Shown: one piece after another, positions 14,364-28,057 of the stretch | Position numbering within the stretch: the stretch's first letter is position 1 | How the letters are laid out: every line of letters begins with the position of its first letter | Origin: Eledone cirrhosa | Taxonomy: Eukaryota | Assembly: GCA_964016885.1 (NCBI GenBank) | Contig: OZ024740.1 | Span: 109,120,001-109,184,000 of the forward strand | Length of the DNA: 64,000 nt | Reading direction: 5' to 3' | Made by a program: the position numbers and the translations under genes | Notes under the pieces: generated by a model | The model's input: only the letters and a program-made list of their open reading frames with translations | Databases searched by the model: none | What the model was told of the DNA's origin: nothing

Positions 14364-15028
14364 AAACAAAAACTAAACTAATCTGAAAGAAAAGCAAATA
14401 AAAGCAAAGGACGAAGAATAATTAAATGATTGGAAACTAGAAAGTATAGTTATATTTTAAATCTTTGAATTTGAATTGATTTGTTTCTACTGACGATACT
14501 TAATAAAATCATTGTCATATTCGTTATAAAAAGAATGAGTGACTTTTAATCACGTCGAGCGCCTCTTAAAGTGGATATGGTGGTGGTTGAGGGTGGTAAA
14601 TTAGACAGCTTCACTATGTGTACAAGACGCAAGTTGGCAAAGACATTGCGGTGCTTTGTTCTGTTTTTCGTCATTACGAAATCAACAGAATAGCAGTCCG
14701 TCTATGTTAAGGCCGACTTTGTCTTTTATGTATTGAGGTTGGGGAAGAGGATCAATAAAATTAATACCGGAGATATGTTCTGAGGGAGCCATATAATCGA
14801 CTATACCACCCCTCCCTCCAACACACAGACACACACACTCTCTATCCCCCTCTCTCTCACAAAATGTTTAGTCTTGTACAAAATGTTAGAAATACAATAC
14901 GTTCACAATTATTTCATTTTTGCCATCGTTCGAGGTTTTGCTCATGTTTGTTTTCTAAACAACTTTCTCAATTCCCTTTGGAAAGTATTATATATATATT
15001 CGTAGTAGATAACATCGCCCCCGCAAAG

Positions 15029-15150
<122 letters not shown>

Positions 15151-15282
15151 AAAATAATAAAATAAAAAAGCCAAGGGTTCAGGAGAAACCTTGTTACAGT
15201 AATTGGGTAAGTCAACTCAGATGTTATGATAGAAATCTGGTTTCAGTGGAAGATTCTATTAAAAGTGATGTTCTTCTTGATG

Positions 15283-18200
15283 TTGTGGTGGTGGTGATGG
15301 TGGTAGTTGTTTTATTGTTGGTGTTGTTGGTGGTGGTGATGGTGGTAGTTGTTTTATTGGTGGTGTTGTTGGTGGTGGTGATGGTGGTATTTGTTTTATT
15401 GTTGGTGTTGTTGTTGGTGGTGGTGATGGTGGTAGTTGTTTTATTGGTGGTGTTGTTGGTGGTGGTGATGGTGGTATTTGTTTTATTGTTGGTGTTGTTG
15501 TTGGTGGTGGTGATGGTGGTAGTTGTTTTATTGGTGGTGTTGTTGGTGGTGGTGATGGTGGTATTTGTTTTATTGTTGGTGTTGTTGTTGGTGGTGGTGA
15601 TGGTGGTAGTTGTTTTATTGGTGGTGTTGTTGGTGGTGGTGATGGTGGTAGTTGTTTTATTGGTGGTGTTGTTGGTGGTGGTGATGGTGGTAGTTGTTTT
15701 ATTGGTGGTGTTGTTGGTGGTGGTGATGGTGGTAGTTGTTTTATTGGTGGTGTTGTTGGTGGTGGTGATGGTGGTAGTTGTTTTATTGTTGGTGTTGTTG
15801 TTGGTGGTGGTGATGGTGGTAGTTGTTTTATTGGTGGTGTTGTTGTTGGTGGTGGTGATGGTGGTAGTTGTTTTATTGGTGGTGGTGTTGTTGGTGGTGG
15901 TGATGGTGGTAGTTGTTTTATCGTTAGTGTTGTTGTTGGTGGTGGTGGTGATGGTAGTTGTTTTATTGGTGGTGTTGTTGGTGGTGGTAGTTGTTTTATC
16001 ATTAGTGTTGTTGTTGTTGGTGGTGATGGTGATGGTAGTTGTTTTATTGTTGGTGTTGTTGGTGGTGGTGATGGTGGTAGTTGTTTTATTGTTGGTGTTG
16101 TTGTTGGTGGTGGTGGTGATGGTGGTAGTTGTTTTATCATTAGTGTTGTTGGTGGTGGTGATGGTGATGGTAGTTGTTTTATTGGTGGTGTTGTTGGTGG
16201 TGGTGGTGGTGATGGTAGTTGTTTTATTGGTGGTGTTGTTGTTGGTGGTGGTGGTGATGGTAGTTGTTTTATTGTTGGTGTTGTTGTTGGTGGTGGTGGT
16301 GATGGTAGTTGTTTTATTGGTGGTGTTGTTGGTGGTGGTGATGGTGGTAGTTGTTTTATTGTTGGTGTTGTTGGTGGTGGTGATGGTGGTAGTTGTTTTA
16401 TTGTTGGTGTTGTTGATGGTGGTAGTTGTTTTATCATTAGTGTTGTTGTTGGTGGTGGTGGTGATGGTAGTTGGTTTATTGGTGGTGTTGTTGTTGTTGG
16501 TGGTGGTGATGGTAGTTGTTTTATTGGTGGTGTTGTTGTTGGTGGTGGTGGTGATGGTAGTTGTTTTATTGTTGGTGTTGTTGGTGGTGGTGGTGGTGAT
16601 GGTAGTTGTTTTATTGTTGGTGTTGTTGGTGGTGGTGGTGATGGTAGTTGGTTTATTGGTGGTGTTGTTGTTGGTGGTGGTGGTGATGGTAGTTGTTTTA
16701 TTGTTGGTGTTGTTGTTGGTGGTGGTGATGGTGGTAGTTGTTTTATCATTAGTGTTGTTGTTGGTGGTGGTGGTGATGGTAGTTGGTTTATTGGTGGTGT
16801 TGTTGTTGGTGGTGGTGGTGATGGTAGTTGTTTTATTGGTGGTGTTGTTGTTGGTGGTGGTGGTGATGGTAGTTGTTTTATTGTTGGTGTTGTTGGTGGT
16901 GGTGGTGGTGATGGTAGTTGTTTTATTGTTGGTGTTGTTGGTGGTGGTGGTGGTGATGGTAGTTGGTTTATTGGTGGTGGTGTTGTTGGTGGTGGTGGTG
17001 ATGGTAGTTGTTTTATTGTTGGTGTTGTTGTTGGTGGTGGTGATGGTGGTAGTTGTTTTATCATTAGTGTTGTTGTTGGTGATGGTGGTGATGGTAGTTG
17101 GTTTATTGGTGGTGTTGTTGTTGGTGGTGGTGGTGATGGTGGTAGTTGTTTTATTGGTGGTGTTGTTGTTGGTGGTGGTGGTGATGGTAGTTGGTTTATT
17201 GGTGTTGTTGTTGTTGGTGGTGATGGTGGTTGGTTTATTGGTGGTGTTGTTGTTGGTGGCGGTGATGGCAGTTGGTTTATTGGTGTTGTTGTTGTTGGTG
17301 GTGATGGTGGTTGGTTTATTGGTGGTGTTGTTGTTGGTGGCGGTGATGGCAGTTGGTTTATTGGTGTTGTTGTTGGTGGTGGTGATGGTAGTTAGTTTAT
17401 TGGTGTTGTTGTTGGTGGTGGTGATGGTAGTTAGTTTATTGGTGTTGTTGTTGGTTTATTGGTGGTGTTGTTGTTGGTGGTGGTGGTGATGGTGGTAGTT
17501 GTTTTATTGTTGGTGATGTTGTTGTTGGTGGTGGTGATGGTGGTAGTTGGTTTATTGTTGATGTTGTAAGTGGTGGTGGTGATGATGGTGGTAGTTGGTT
17601 GATTGTTGGTGTTGTTGGTGGTGTTGTTGATGGCGATGTTGGTAGTTGGTTTATTGTCGGTGTTGTTTGTGGTTGTGGTGATGGTAGTTGGTTTATTGGT
17701 GTTGTTGTTGTTGGTGGTGGTGATGGTAGTTGGTTTATTGGTGTTGTTGGTGGTGGTGATGGTAGTTGGTTTATTGGTGTTGTTGTTGTTGTTGGTGGTG
17801 GTGGTGATGGTAGTTGGTTTATTGGTGTTGTTGTTGGTGGTGGTTGTGGTGATGGTAGTTGGTTTATTGGTGTTGTTGTTGGTGGTGGCAGTGGTGATGG
17901 TGGTAGTTGTTTTATTGTTGGTGATGTTGTTATTGGTGGTGGTGATGGTGGTAGTTGGTTTATTGTTGTTGTTGTTGATGGCGGTGGTGATGGTGGTAGT
18001 TGGTCTTTTGCTGTTGTTGTTGTTGGTGTTTTTGGTGGAGGTGGTGGTGATGTTGGTAGTTGGTTTATTGTTGATGTTGTTAGTGGTGGAGGTGATGATG
18101 GTGGTAGTTGGTTGATTGTTGGTGTTGGTGGTGGTGGGTGATGGTGGTAGTTGGTTTATTGTCGGTGTTGTTGTTGTTTGGTGTTGTTAGTGGTGATGTT

Positions 18201-18500
18201 GGTGTTGTTGGTGTTAGTGTTGGTGGTGATGTTGCTGTTGTTGTTGGTGATGTTGGTGTAGGTGTTGTTGTTATTGGTGTTGGTGTTGTCGGTATTTATT
18301 TATGGTGTTGTTAGTGGTGATGTTGGTGGTGGTGATGTTGGTGTTGGTGTTGGTGGTGGTGATGTTGGTGTTGCTGTTGTTGTTGTTGGTGATGTTGGTG
18401 TAGGTGTTGTTGTTATTGGTGATGGTGGTAGTTGGTATTGATGGTGATTTTGTTGTCGATGGTAGTGTTGTTGTTGTTGGTAGTTGATTTATTATTGTTG
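15283..18500. repeat. GGT/GTT-based compound minisatellite (unit ~39-45 bp, degenerating rightwards)
   Basis: Recurrent GATGGTGGTAGTTGTTTTATTG anchor separated by variable (GTT)n(GGT)n. Confidence 0.95.
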
Positions 18501-18733
18501 GTGTTTTTTTTAAAGAGTATTTATTTATTAATTTATTTATTTCTATTTTATTCTGAGGGGTTCATAAATTTGTTCTTGGGTTTTAGGTAAAACAGCATCG
18601 TGATGCAGAGGCGAAGGGTCCGTGCATGCAACACATGCAGTGTATGCGTTATAGAATCTTGAGTTGATCAATTGCGTCGGTTGAAGCAAGCAGAATTTTG
18701 GCTGCTTACTAAAACGTATAGACACAAAAAAAG

Positions 18734-18808
<75 letters not shown>

Positions 18809-19373
18809 ACACATACACACAAATACATACACACAAACACACGACAGCTTTGGGGCAAGCAGAATTTTGACTGCTTACTAACTCGTAAACACATAAAAAG
18901 ATAACACACACACACACTAGATAACACTACATGCGGCTTTGACCGCATTTAGAGGGAATTGGGGGGGGGGGGGGGAGGCTGCACAGCCCCACTTTCCGCC
19001 ATGGCGATTGGGCTGCATGCCCTGCTTTCCAGGTTACCCTTCGCCATTGACGTGATGGTGGGGTGTAAATTTGTTACGTAAATAGATATGTCGTTAATAT
19101 GTATGTACACACACACATACACATACACACACACACGCACGCACACACACACACACACATATGCATACATACATATGTACATACATAAATGTATACATAC
19201 ATATGCAGACACAAACACATTATATATATATTAGCAAAGGAATTATATATGTATGTATTGTAATTCCATATTTCTAAATACGGTATGTTTATAGATAAAC
19301 ATTTAGAAAGCCGTAGCTATGCAAAACATCGGGACTACCGCCCTCTGGTGGTGCCCAGCAGAAGCAAGGGGAC

Positions 19374-19419
19374 AACCGTCGATGCATTTCGAACTTAACT
19401 GGTTCTCATCAGGACGATC
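19374..19419 (-). ncRNA. Minimal type I hammerhead ribozyme with a canonical core
   Basis: Minus strand: GATCGTC-CTGATGA-GAAC(CAGTTAA)GTTC-GAAA-TGCA-TC-GACGGTT, inside a TA-flanked insert at ~19230-19628. Confidence 0.85.
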
Positions 19420-19641
19420 CCTCCCACTCTTGCGACTGCTGGACTTGAAAACAGGCGAGAATGTATGGTTTTCTCGTCTGCGTAAATGAGGTGATTAATC
19501 TCATTTGCATATGAAGCGGCAGTCGCAATTGTCAACCCACTTTTCTAATCTATCAGTTAAATGTTGTTCTATTGATATTTCTGTGAGTTCGGGTCACCAT
19601 TTTACTGACAAACATCTCTCACACACCTATATATATATATA

Positions 19642-20549
19642 TAAACGGAAAAAATGAAACGATATTTCATTTCCCACTCTTAGTACGGCTGTTACTTAAA
19701 TATAAGTATGTATACGTACATACATATATGTATACAGACGTACAGTAGTATGTATATATATATACATACATGCACACATATATATATGTATGTATGGATT
19801 CACCGAACATTTATTATAATGCTCGGTGTGTTTGTAAACAAACATCCCGTATTAAGCCGTAGTGTCTAGCAACCATCGTTGCTCGTTTGTTCAACATTGA
19901 CAAAGGAACGCTGTGCTAGTTTCAAGCTTATTAGCTATCGTCAGCAACGTATACCTTCCTGCCAGATGATTGAACGTCTGAAAGTATATACTTTCCTTAT
20001 GCATATTAACGGCTGAGCAGCCTAATTTGCATATCGAGTGAGTTAATCGGCCGGGTGCACCGAAAACGATGTATACGTCTGTATACATATATGTATGTAC
20101 GTATACATACTTATATTTAAATAACAGCCGTACTAAGAGTAAGAAATGAAATTTCGTTTCATTTTTTCCGTTTATCGTTTTCGGTGCGCCCGGCCGATTA
20201 ACTCACTCGATATGCAAATTAGGCTGCTCTGCCGTTAATAGGCATAAGGAAAGTATATACTTTCAGACGTTCAATCATCTGGCAGGAAGGTATACGTTGC
20301 TGACGATAGCTAATAAGCTTGAAACTAGTACAGCGTTCCTTTGTCAGTGTTGAACAAATGAGCAACGATGGTTGCTAGACACTGTACGGCTTAATTCGGG
20401 ATGTTTGTTTACAAACACACCGAGCATTATAATAAATGTTCGGTGAATCCATACGTACATATATATATATATATGTGTGCATGTATGTATATATATATAC
20501 ATACTACTGTACGTCTGTATACATATATGTATGTACGTATAGATACTTA

Positions 20550-20555
<6 letters not shown>
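19642..20555. mobile_element. ~440-bp HHR-bearing non-coding repeat (retrozyme candidate), locus 1, inverted arms
   Basis: The left arm (19642-20070) and right arm (20071-20555) are reverse complements. HHRs at 19908-19950 (-, GUA changed to GCA) and 20294-20336 (+). Confidence 0.8.
20294..20336 (+). ncRNA. Minimal type I hammerhead ribozyme (retrozyme-candidate family)
   Basis: ACGTTG-CTGACGA-TAGCT(AATA)AGCTT-GAAA-CTAG-TA-CAGCGT. Confidence 0.8.
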
Positions 20556-20599
<44 letters not shown>

Positions 20600-20602
<3 letters not shown>

Positions 20603-21062
20603 CGTTTCTGAATTTGTTTAGCAAGATTCTTTATCTGAAATCGTGTGTTGAAACCGATATTGTTATACTTTGGGAGGGTCATGTTGCCAATAAGAAACAC
20701 ACGCACCAGTTGCTTTCACTTCAATTTAATTTATTATATATTTATAAATTTACAAATTTATAAATTTCTGGTTGGTTGGTTGGTTCCACAACCAGATAGT
20801 TGTTTATATATATATAGTCATAGGATAGAAGAAAGGAAAGGCACAGAAACGAAGAAAGAAATCCTCAGTCACTGAAGAGGTCACAGAGTGTGTGACGAAA
20901 GAACTATGACTATATATATATAAACAACTATCTGGTTGTGGAACCAACCAACCAACCAGAAATTTATAAATTTGTAAATTTATAAATATATAATAAATTA
21001 AATTGAAGTGAAAGCAACTGGTGCGTGTGTTTCTTATTGGCAACATGACCCTCCCAAAGTAT

Positions 21063-21070
<8 letters not shown>
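20600..21070. mobile_element. Short inverted Penelope pLTR/3'-end insertion, same family as 57568-59026
   Basis: Shares TTGTTATACTTTGGGAGGGTCATGTTGCCAATAAGAAACACACGCACCAG with that element. Inverted arms, (TA)n on both sides. Confidence 0.85.
20867..20911 (+). ncRNA. Penelope pLTR hammerhead ribozyme
   Basis: AGTCA-CTGAAGA-G-GTCAC(AGAGTGT)GTGAC-GAAA-GAAC-TA-TGACT. Confidence 0.7.
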
Positions 21071-21144
<74 letters not shown>

Positions 21145-21819
21145 CGTGAATATGTCTTCTCTTGTGAAAATGGGTATAGCTTTCATTATGTAAAATCTCC
21201 CCAATTTGCCTCATTTCTCCTCGTTCTGGGGCACTTTTTTATAGTACTCCTCGTTTGGGTTTTTGGCTGGCAGGTCTGCCATTCTCCCAAATAACATAAT
21301 TTCAACTTAAAGCTTGGTAAGCTAACAAACCCAGATTTTGACAACTATTACTCTAACCACATCAAGAAAATTACTAAACATGCAATTCCCACTATACAGT
21401 TCAAATTCACCCACGTCAAATCACGTAATACTTTCCACCACTTTGGGTGTTTCCACAATACTGCTATGCAGCAAAGGTGTTTAACGATTTATTTATTAAT
21501 CGCAGGGAATTATTATATATTTAACTTAATTATACAATTTTGTATAAAACTTATCCTTTAAGTTTCAGTATCGTGCATCTCTGAGGTCTATGCCATATTC
21601 AGCTGCCTAAGTTGACCTTGGTGGTAGCACCAGCCCTATGTTACGAAGTAGTATGACTATAGAATATCGCAGTAGTGGAATGGTTAGGGTGTTGTTAGAT
21701 TATAGAACGCAATAGAGTAGAAATTACGTTGCAAAATAAAGAAAAAGTAATGCAGACCTGTAAATATTGGTGGAAATACAATGGCAGAGGTGAATCTAAC
21801 AAATATGAAAACCTGAGCT

Positions 21820-22172
21820 TATTGGATCTTTGGAGTAACGTTACTCAATTAAGTGCGTAGCTCGGAGATCAGAGCGTCACTTGGGGTAGAGCTGCTACTT
21901 CTCCGAATTGAGAGATCACAGGTCCGATACTATGGGTGTCGTTAGAATGTCTCAGGAAAGAATCGCTGGACAGATTTTATGGGCAAAACCAACTGGTAGG
22001 AGACTCAGAGGTACCCCGAGCAAGATGGTTGGATAACATCCATGAGCTTGGCTGGTCACGCTTGAGCATCCAGCCGGATCAGCAGGAGACGGTCGCTTCT
22101 GACAGGACTCGCTAGAAGAAGTGTCTGAGGACTCTGCCACCACAACCCTCTCAGTTTTGAGTGGGCGAAGAA
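21820..22172 (+). mobile_element. RTE LINE 3' fragment (same family as 5250-6803)
   Basis: Aligns by eye with 6295-6600 (GCTACTTCTCCGAATTGAGAGATCACAG...GAGGACTCTGCC). Confidence 0.85.
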
Positions 22173-22408
22173 GACCATCTATATATATACGTAATATTCT
22201 TTATTATGGCTAAGTGTCAGCCATAATAGACTTGTTAGGCTTGTTACTCTTGAGTTTCATCTGTTAGCCATAATAAAGAAACCATTATTAAACTCTACTT
22301 CAATATTCAGTACTTATTCTCGCGTCCGTCAATATCACACGAATAAATGCCCTCAGCCGGAAGAGCACTTTAGAAGCTCGGAGATCTAACCGGAACAATG
22401 GAGAGATT

Positions 22409-22481
<73 letters not shown>

Positions 22482-22482
<1 letters not shown>

Positions 22483-23649
22483 TAGCATTAAAGCCCGGCG
22501 TTGCTCGGGGTCATTAAGTTACCAAAGTTAGGTTGCACCACCCATTTTATGGCAGCACTTTTTTGTCTGCCAGGCACTGGGTGAATGAATTGCAGACCTG
22601 GAAGCATGAGCTGCGCCAGCAGTGACAATTGTAGTTTCGCCTATGGATATTATCTCTGTGCAAAAAAGTGTTGAAATTTATTGTTTCACAGTACTTGCGC
22701 AACACGCGCGTAGACGATGCCAGCCAAACAACAGAACTGCGATGGAGTTGTTCTGCATGGTTGTCTGTATGTTTTCTAAATTTAAGACAGTAGGGAGGGT
22801 TGTGATATGAGGGAGAGTTAGCTGTTGTTTCTAGCAGGTTTAGTGACCTCATAGAGGATATGTGTTTTCTAAATTTAAGACAGTAGGGAGTGGTGTGATA
22901 TGGGGGAGAGTTAGCTGCTGTTTCTAGCAGGTTTAGTGACCTCATAGAAGATATGTTTTCTAAATTTAAGACAGTAGGGAGTGGTGTGATATGGGGGAGA
23001 GTTAGCTGCTGTTTCTAGCAGGTTTAGTAACCTCATAGAGGATATGTTTTCTAAATTTAAGACAGTAGGGAGTGGTGTGATATGGGGTAGAGTTAGCTGC
23101 TGTTTCTAGCAGGTTTAGTAACCTCATAGAGGATATGTGTTTTCTAAATTTAAGACAGTAGGGAGTGGTGTGATATGGGGGAGAGTTAGCTGCTGTTTCT
23201 AGCAGGTTTAGTAACCTCATAGAGGATATGTGTTTTCTAAATTTAAGACAGTAGGGAGTGGTGTGATATGGGGGAGAGTTAGCTGCTGTTTCTAGCAGGT
23301 TTAGTAACCTCATAGAGGATATGTGTTTTCTAAATTTAAGACAGTAGGGAGTGGTGTGAACGGACAGTATCAGCATCAAGCTTGGAAAGAGAAAGTAGCA
23401 GAAAGTATGAAGTTGTATAGATTTTGAATGGTAGTGGAATGACAGAGTTTAAATGACAGAGAAAAATCGTAAAATATTGAGTTTTATCTATTTTTTTGCG
23501 TAATTGTGGGTGAAATTGAAAAAATTATCTGCGTCAAGACGCAATCGAAACTATTTCGAATACTGAATTGTAAATTTCAATTGAAGAAATTCTATATCGT
23601 AGATTTCTATAACGAAGGAGCATGACAACACACTGAGCTTTATAGATTA

Positions 23650-23652
<3 letters not shown>
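22482..23652 (-). mobile_element. Non-autonomous Helitron containing an internal tandem array
   Basis: On the minus strand the 3' end is hairpin CCCGAGCAACGCCGGG followed by CTAG|T at 22482. The 5' boundary is approximate. Confidence 0.7.
22768..23358. repeat. Tandem array of ~6.4 x 91-93 bp
   Basis: CTAAATTTAAGACAG recurs at 22776, 22869, 22960, 23051, 23144, 23237 and 23330. Confidence 0.95.
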
Positions 23653-23684
<32 letters not shown>

Positions 23685-23840
23685 TAAATATACACGGGTG
23701 TGTATGATTGTGTGTAGAAGATTATATTAATAAAAGGAATTCTAACTGTCTGATTTACTCGTTTTATTTACAATCCTTTAAAATTTATAATGGTATTAGA
23801 ATGAAATAGTATGGTAAAATATTAAATGTTAAGTGTTAAT

Positions 23841-23879
23841 TGAACAAGTACTTTCATGCTTTCGCAATCTTCAGGTTCA
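23841..23879 (-). ncRNA. Minimal type I hammerhead ribozyme
   Basis: Minus strand: TGAAC-CTGAAGA-TTGC(GAAA)GCAT-GAAA-GTAC-TT-GTTCA. The insert (~23685-23912) is TA-flanked. Confidence 0.8.
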
Positions 23880-24063
23880 TATTCTGGGGTGACAGTCAAG
23901 TTTGCAATTTTCAATATATATATATACCGAATGTAGAAAAGTAACACACGAGTTGATATACATATAAATAGAGGAAAGGAAAAATATTTTTTCAGTAGAA
24001 AATACTGAAGAGATTCTTTCAGTGTAATATCAAAACATTAATTTATTTACAAAGTGGATATTT

Positions 24064-24111
24064 CCGCATTTAATATACCGGTTTCAGCATTATATGCGTT
24101 GTCAATTGCGG
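24064..24111 (-). ncRNA. Hammerhead with U3:A8 core variant (paralog of 48054-48102)
   Basis: Minus strand: CCGCAA-TTGACAA-CGCAT(ATA)ATGCT-GAAA-CCGG-TA-TATTAAATGCGG. Confidence 0.55.
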
Positions 24112-24270
24112 ATATGCATAATATTGTTAAGTTGCATATTTATACAAATAATAGTAATAATAATAATAAAAAGGGGAAGAAAAATTAATTTTGATATACA
24201 TATTCAGAGAGGAGAATTCATTTCTCGATCGTGTCTGTCCTTCTTTTTCTGTTAATAGTTTGGTTTTGAC

Positions 24271-25204
<934 letters not shown>

Positions 25205-25323
25205 TATATAATAAAAGTATGTGTTCCTATATGTAATTAATACACACAGGGACATATAGTAAGTACAGTGAATGTTTTAGAATTTATTTTAAGATTTTTT
25301 CGGTATTTGCATTCCCTTGATTA

Positions 25324-25481
<158 letters not shown>

Positions 25482-25935
25482 TCTGGACACACTAACACAC
25501 CTCCACAACAGCACACGAACACGAGCGCTCGGGGACATACACAAACACAGACACACACATGCACACTGACCACCACGCGCTGTTGACTCCGAACGCACGC
25601 GGTCAGCTTACACTATACGTGTGTGCTTGTGCATCCACGCACGTATCACCCCCCCCCCCCAACACTTCCATCCACACACCCATTCACATACACCTGCACA
25701 TGGATATACTATCACACTTCCGCAGCGGCACATGTATACGCGCACACACACACATACTGACCCCCATGCACGCGCGCAGTTGACCTCGTACAGACTCGGC
25801 CAGCTAACTCTACTAATACTTACTAACCCCTCACAACAATGGCCAGAACACCCATACATTCTACAACATAATCATTAACGTTACTAACTCATCTCACCCC
25901 ACCACACATACCTGCACATATATATATATATGTGC

Positions 25936-26620
25936 ACGGAAAAAATGAAACGAAATTTCATTTCTCACTCTAAGTACGGCTGTTACTTAAATATAAGTAT
26001 GTATACGTACATACATATATGTATACAGACGTACAGTAGTATGTATATATATATATATATATATATATACATGCACACATATATATATGTACGTATGGAT
26101 TCACCGAACATTTATTATAATGCTCGGTGTGTTTGTAAACAAACATCCCGAATTAAGCCGTACAGTGTTTAGCAACCATCGTTGCTCCTTTGTTCAACAC
26201 TGACAAAGGAACGCTGTACCAGTTTCAAGCTTATTAGCTATCGTCAGCAACGTATACCTTCCTGCCAGATGATTGAACGTCTGAAAGTATATACTTTCCT
26301 TATGCATAATAACGGCTGAGCAGCCTAATTTGCATATCGCGTGAGTTAATCGGCCGGGCGCACCGAAAACGATAAACGGAAAAAATGAAACGAAATTTCA
26401 TTTCTTACTCTTAGTACGGCTGTTACTTAAATATAAGTATGTATACGTACATACATATATGTATACAGACGTACAGTAGTATGTATATATATATACATAC
26501 ATGCACACATACGTGAATCCATACGTACATATATATATGTGTGCATGTATGTATATATATATACATACTACTGTACGTCTGTATACATATATGTATGCAC
26601 GTATACATACTTATATATAT
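25936..26620 (-). mobile_element. ~440-bp HHR repeat, locus 2 (1.3 tandem units plus a short inverted piece)
   Basis: ACGGAAAAAATGAAACG at 25936 and 26376 gives a period of 440. HHR at 26211-26253 (-), with GUA intact. Confidence 0.8.
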
Positions 26621-26972
26621 ATATGTGCTTGTACATCTGCTCGCGCACGTATCACCAGCACTACCACCACCATCACCACCACCACAAACAGCATATACAC
26701 ACACCACCAACGCACCACCACCAACGCACCACCACCAACGCACCACCACCATCATCACCACCCATACCATCAAAAACTTTCTTTCAAATTTTATTTTAAA
26801 AACTTTTTATTTTTTATATTTATTTTCTTTGCGCTTTTCCTTTTGTGCTTTTCCTGATGAAGGGCAAATGCCCGATACGTTGACTATGTAACTCACTCTT
26901 CTTCCCCTAAGCCCGAAACAAATACGACTTTATGTTAATGCATTCTTTGTTTGTTCGTTTTTTGTTTCCTTG

Positions 26973-27008
<36 letters not shown>

Positions 27009-27773
27009 TAAAACTTTATGTTTATCGATTTTCCATTTAATAAAAAAGAAAAAGATACAATGTTGATTAGAAATATGCAGGCAGTAAAACATAATTCTAT
27101 TGGTTAGTGTCGTCCTATAGATTACATTCTGTCTCTCCTATTGTCCCTGATTCTCATTAGCATAGACTGCACTGCCCTCTTTCTTCTGCAGTTCATACGA
27201 TGCTAAATAAACGCATTGGCTTCTCTTTGCGACAGTTTTCTTACTACATAGTTATTTATTTATTCTAGTGCAGGGGACCAAGCAGAACATCAATCTGACT
27301 GTTGTCTGTGATGATCTGTAAAAATTAGGAACATTGTCCCCCGAACATTGATTAACCTATTGTATGGTGTTTGTTCCGCCCCTTTACGTTCTGAGTTGAA
27401 ATCCCACCGAGGTTAATTTTGCCTTTCATTCTTACGCGGTCGATAAAATAAAGCACCAGTAGTGCACTAGAGTCGATTTAATCGTCATCTACCCAGCAAA
27501 AAATTGTTGGCATTGTGCCAAAATGAGAAACCACTTATATTTATATATTTGCTTCAGAAATAGTATAATACTTTTATAGGCTTCGTAAGTTTGATTCTTC
27601 GTTTGAAACGGTTTTTGTTGAAACTTTTTTTTTCTGTAGCTAAACCGATCGCATTCCTAGAAGGTCGGTCGGTTTTTCTTGTCTCCAGTCCTTAAGGGAT
27701 ATATCTGAGCCTAAATTGAAATTACAACCACCAAACTTTGCTTAACGTTGCGGAAAACAATTTTCATCCACAG

Positions 27774-28057
27774 AAAAGAGCTGCCGGCTGTCTGCAATAT
27801 GGAACAACCAAAGCAGTAGCTTCGCTCATAATTCGCACGAACAAGGCAAGCCTCAAACCGCCGTCTACATCTCAGACATGATCGAGAGGCTTAAGCAGAA
27901 CAATGCCAACACCACGACCCCCATCAACACTCTGAACATCACGACTACAAACACTACCAACAAAGCCGCTACAGCCGCCAACAGCAACTGCAAAGGCAGC
28001 AGCAGCAGCAACAACAACAGCAACAACAAACAGACAGCCAATCTGTCAACCTGCTAA
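27774..28057 (+). CDS. Candidate terminal coding exon (phase 1) with an N/T/S-rich tail
   Basis: Branch-like CTTAAC at 27741 and acceptor TTTTCATCCACAG, then 93 open codons KSCRLSAIWNNQSSSFAHNSHEQGKPQTAVYISDMIERLKQNN...QTANLSTC*. GC content is higher than in the flanks. Confidence 0.5.

Noticed and set aside
15246-17489. 747-aa Val/Leu ORF and 601-aa Pro/Thr antisense ORF
   Set aside because: By-products of a triplet-based minisatellite. No domain, signal or convincing splice context.
22768-23358. CRISPR-like array
   Set aside because: The units are fully repeated with no unique spacers, there are no cas genes, and the context is eukaryotic.
26850-26885. HHR-like CTGATGA-AGGGCAAATGCCC-GATA-CGTT
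   Set aside because: GAAA is mutated to GATA and stem I is unpaired. Counted only as a relic.
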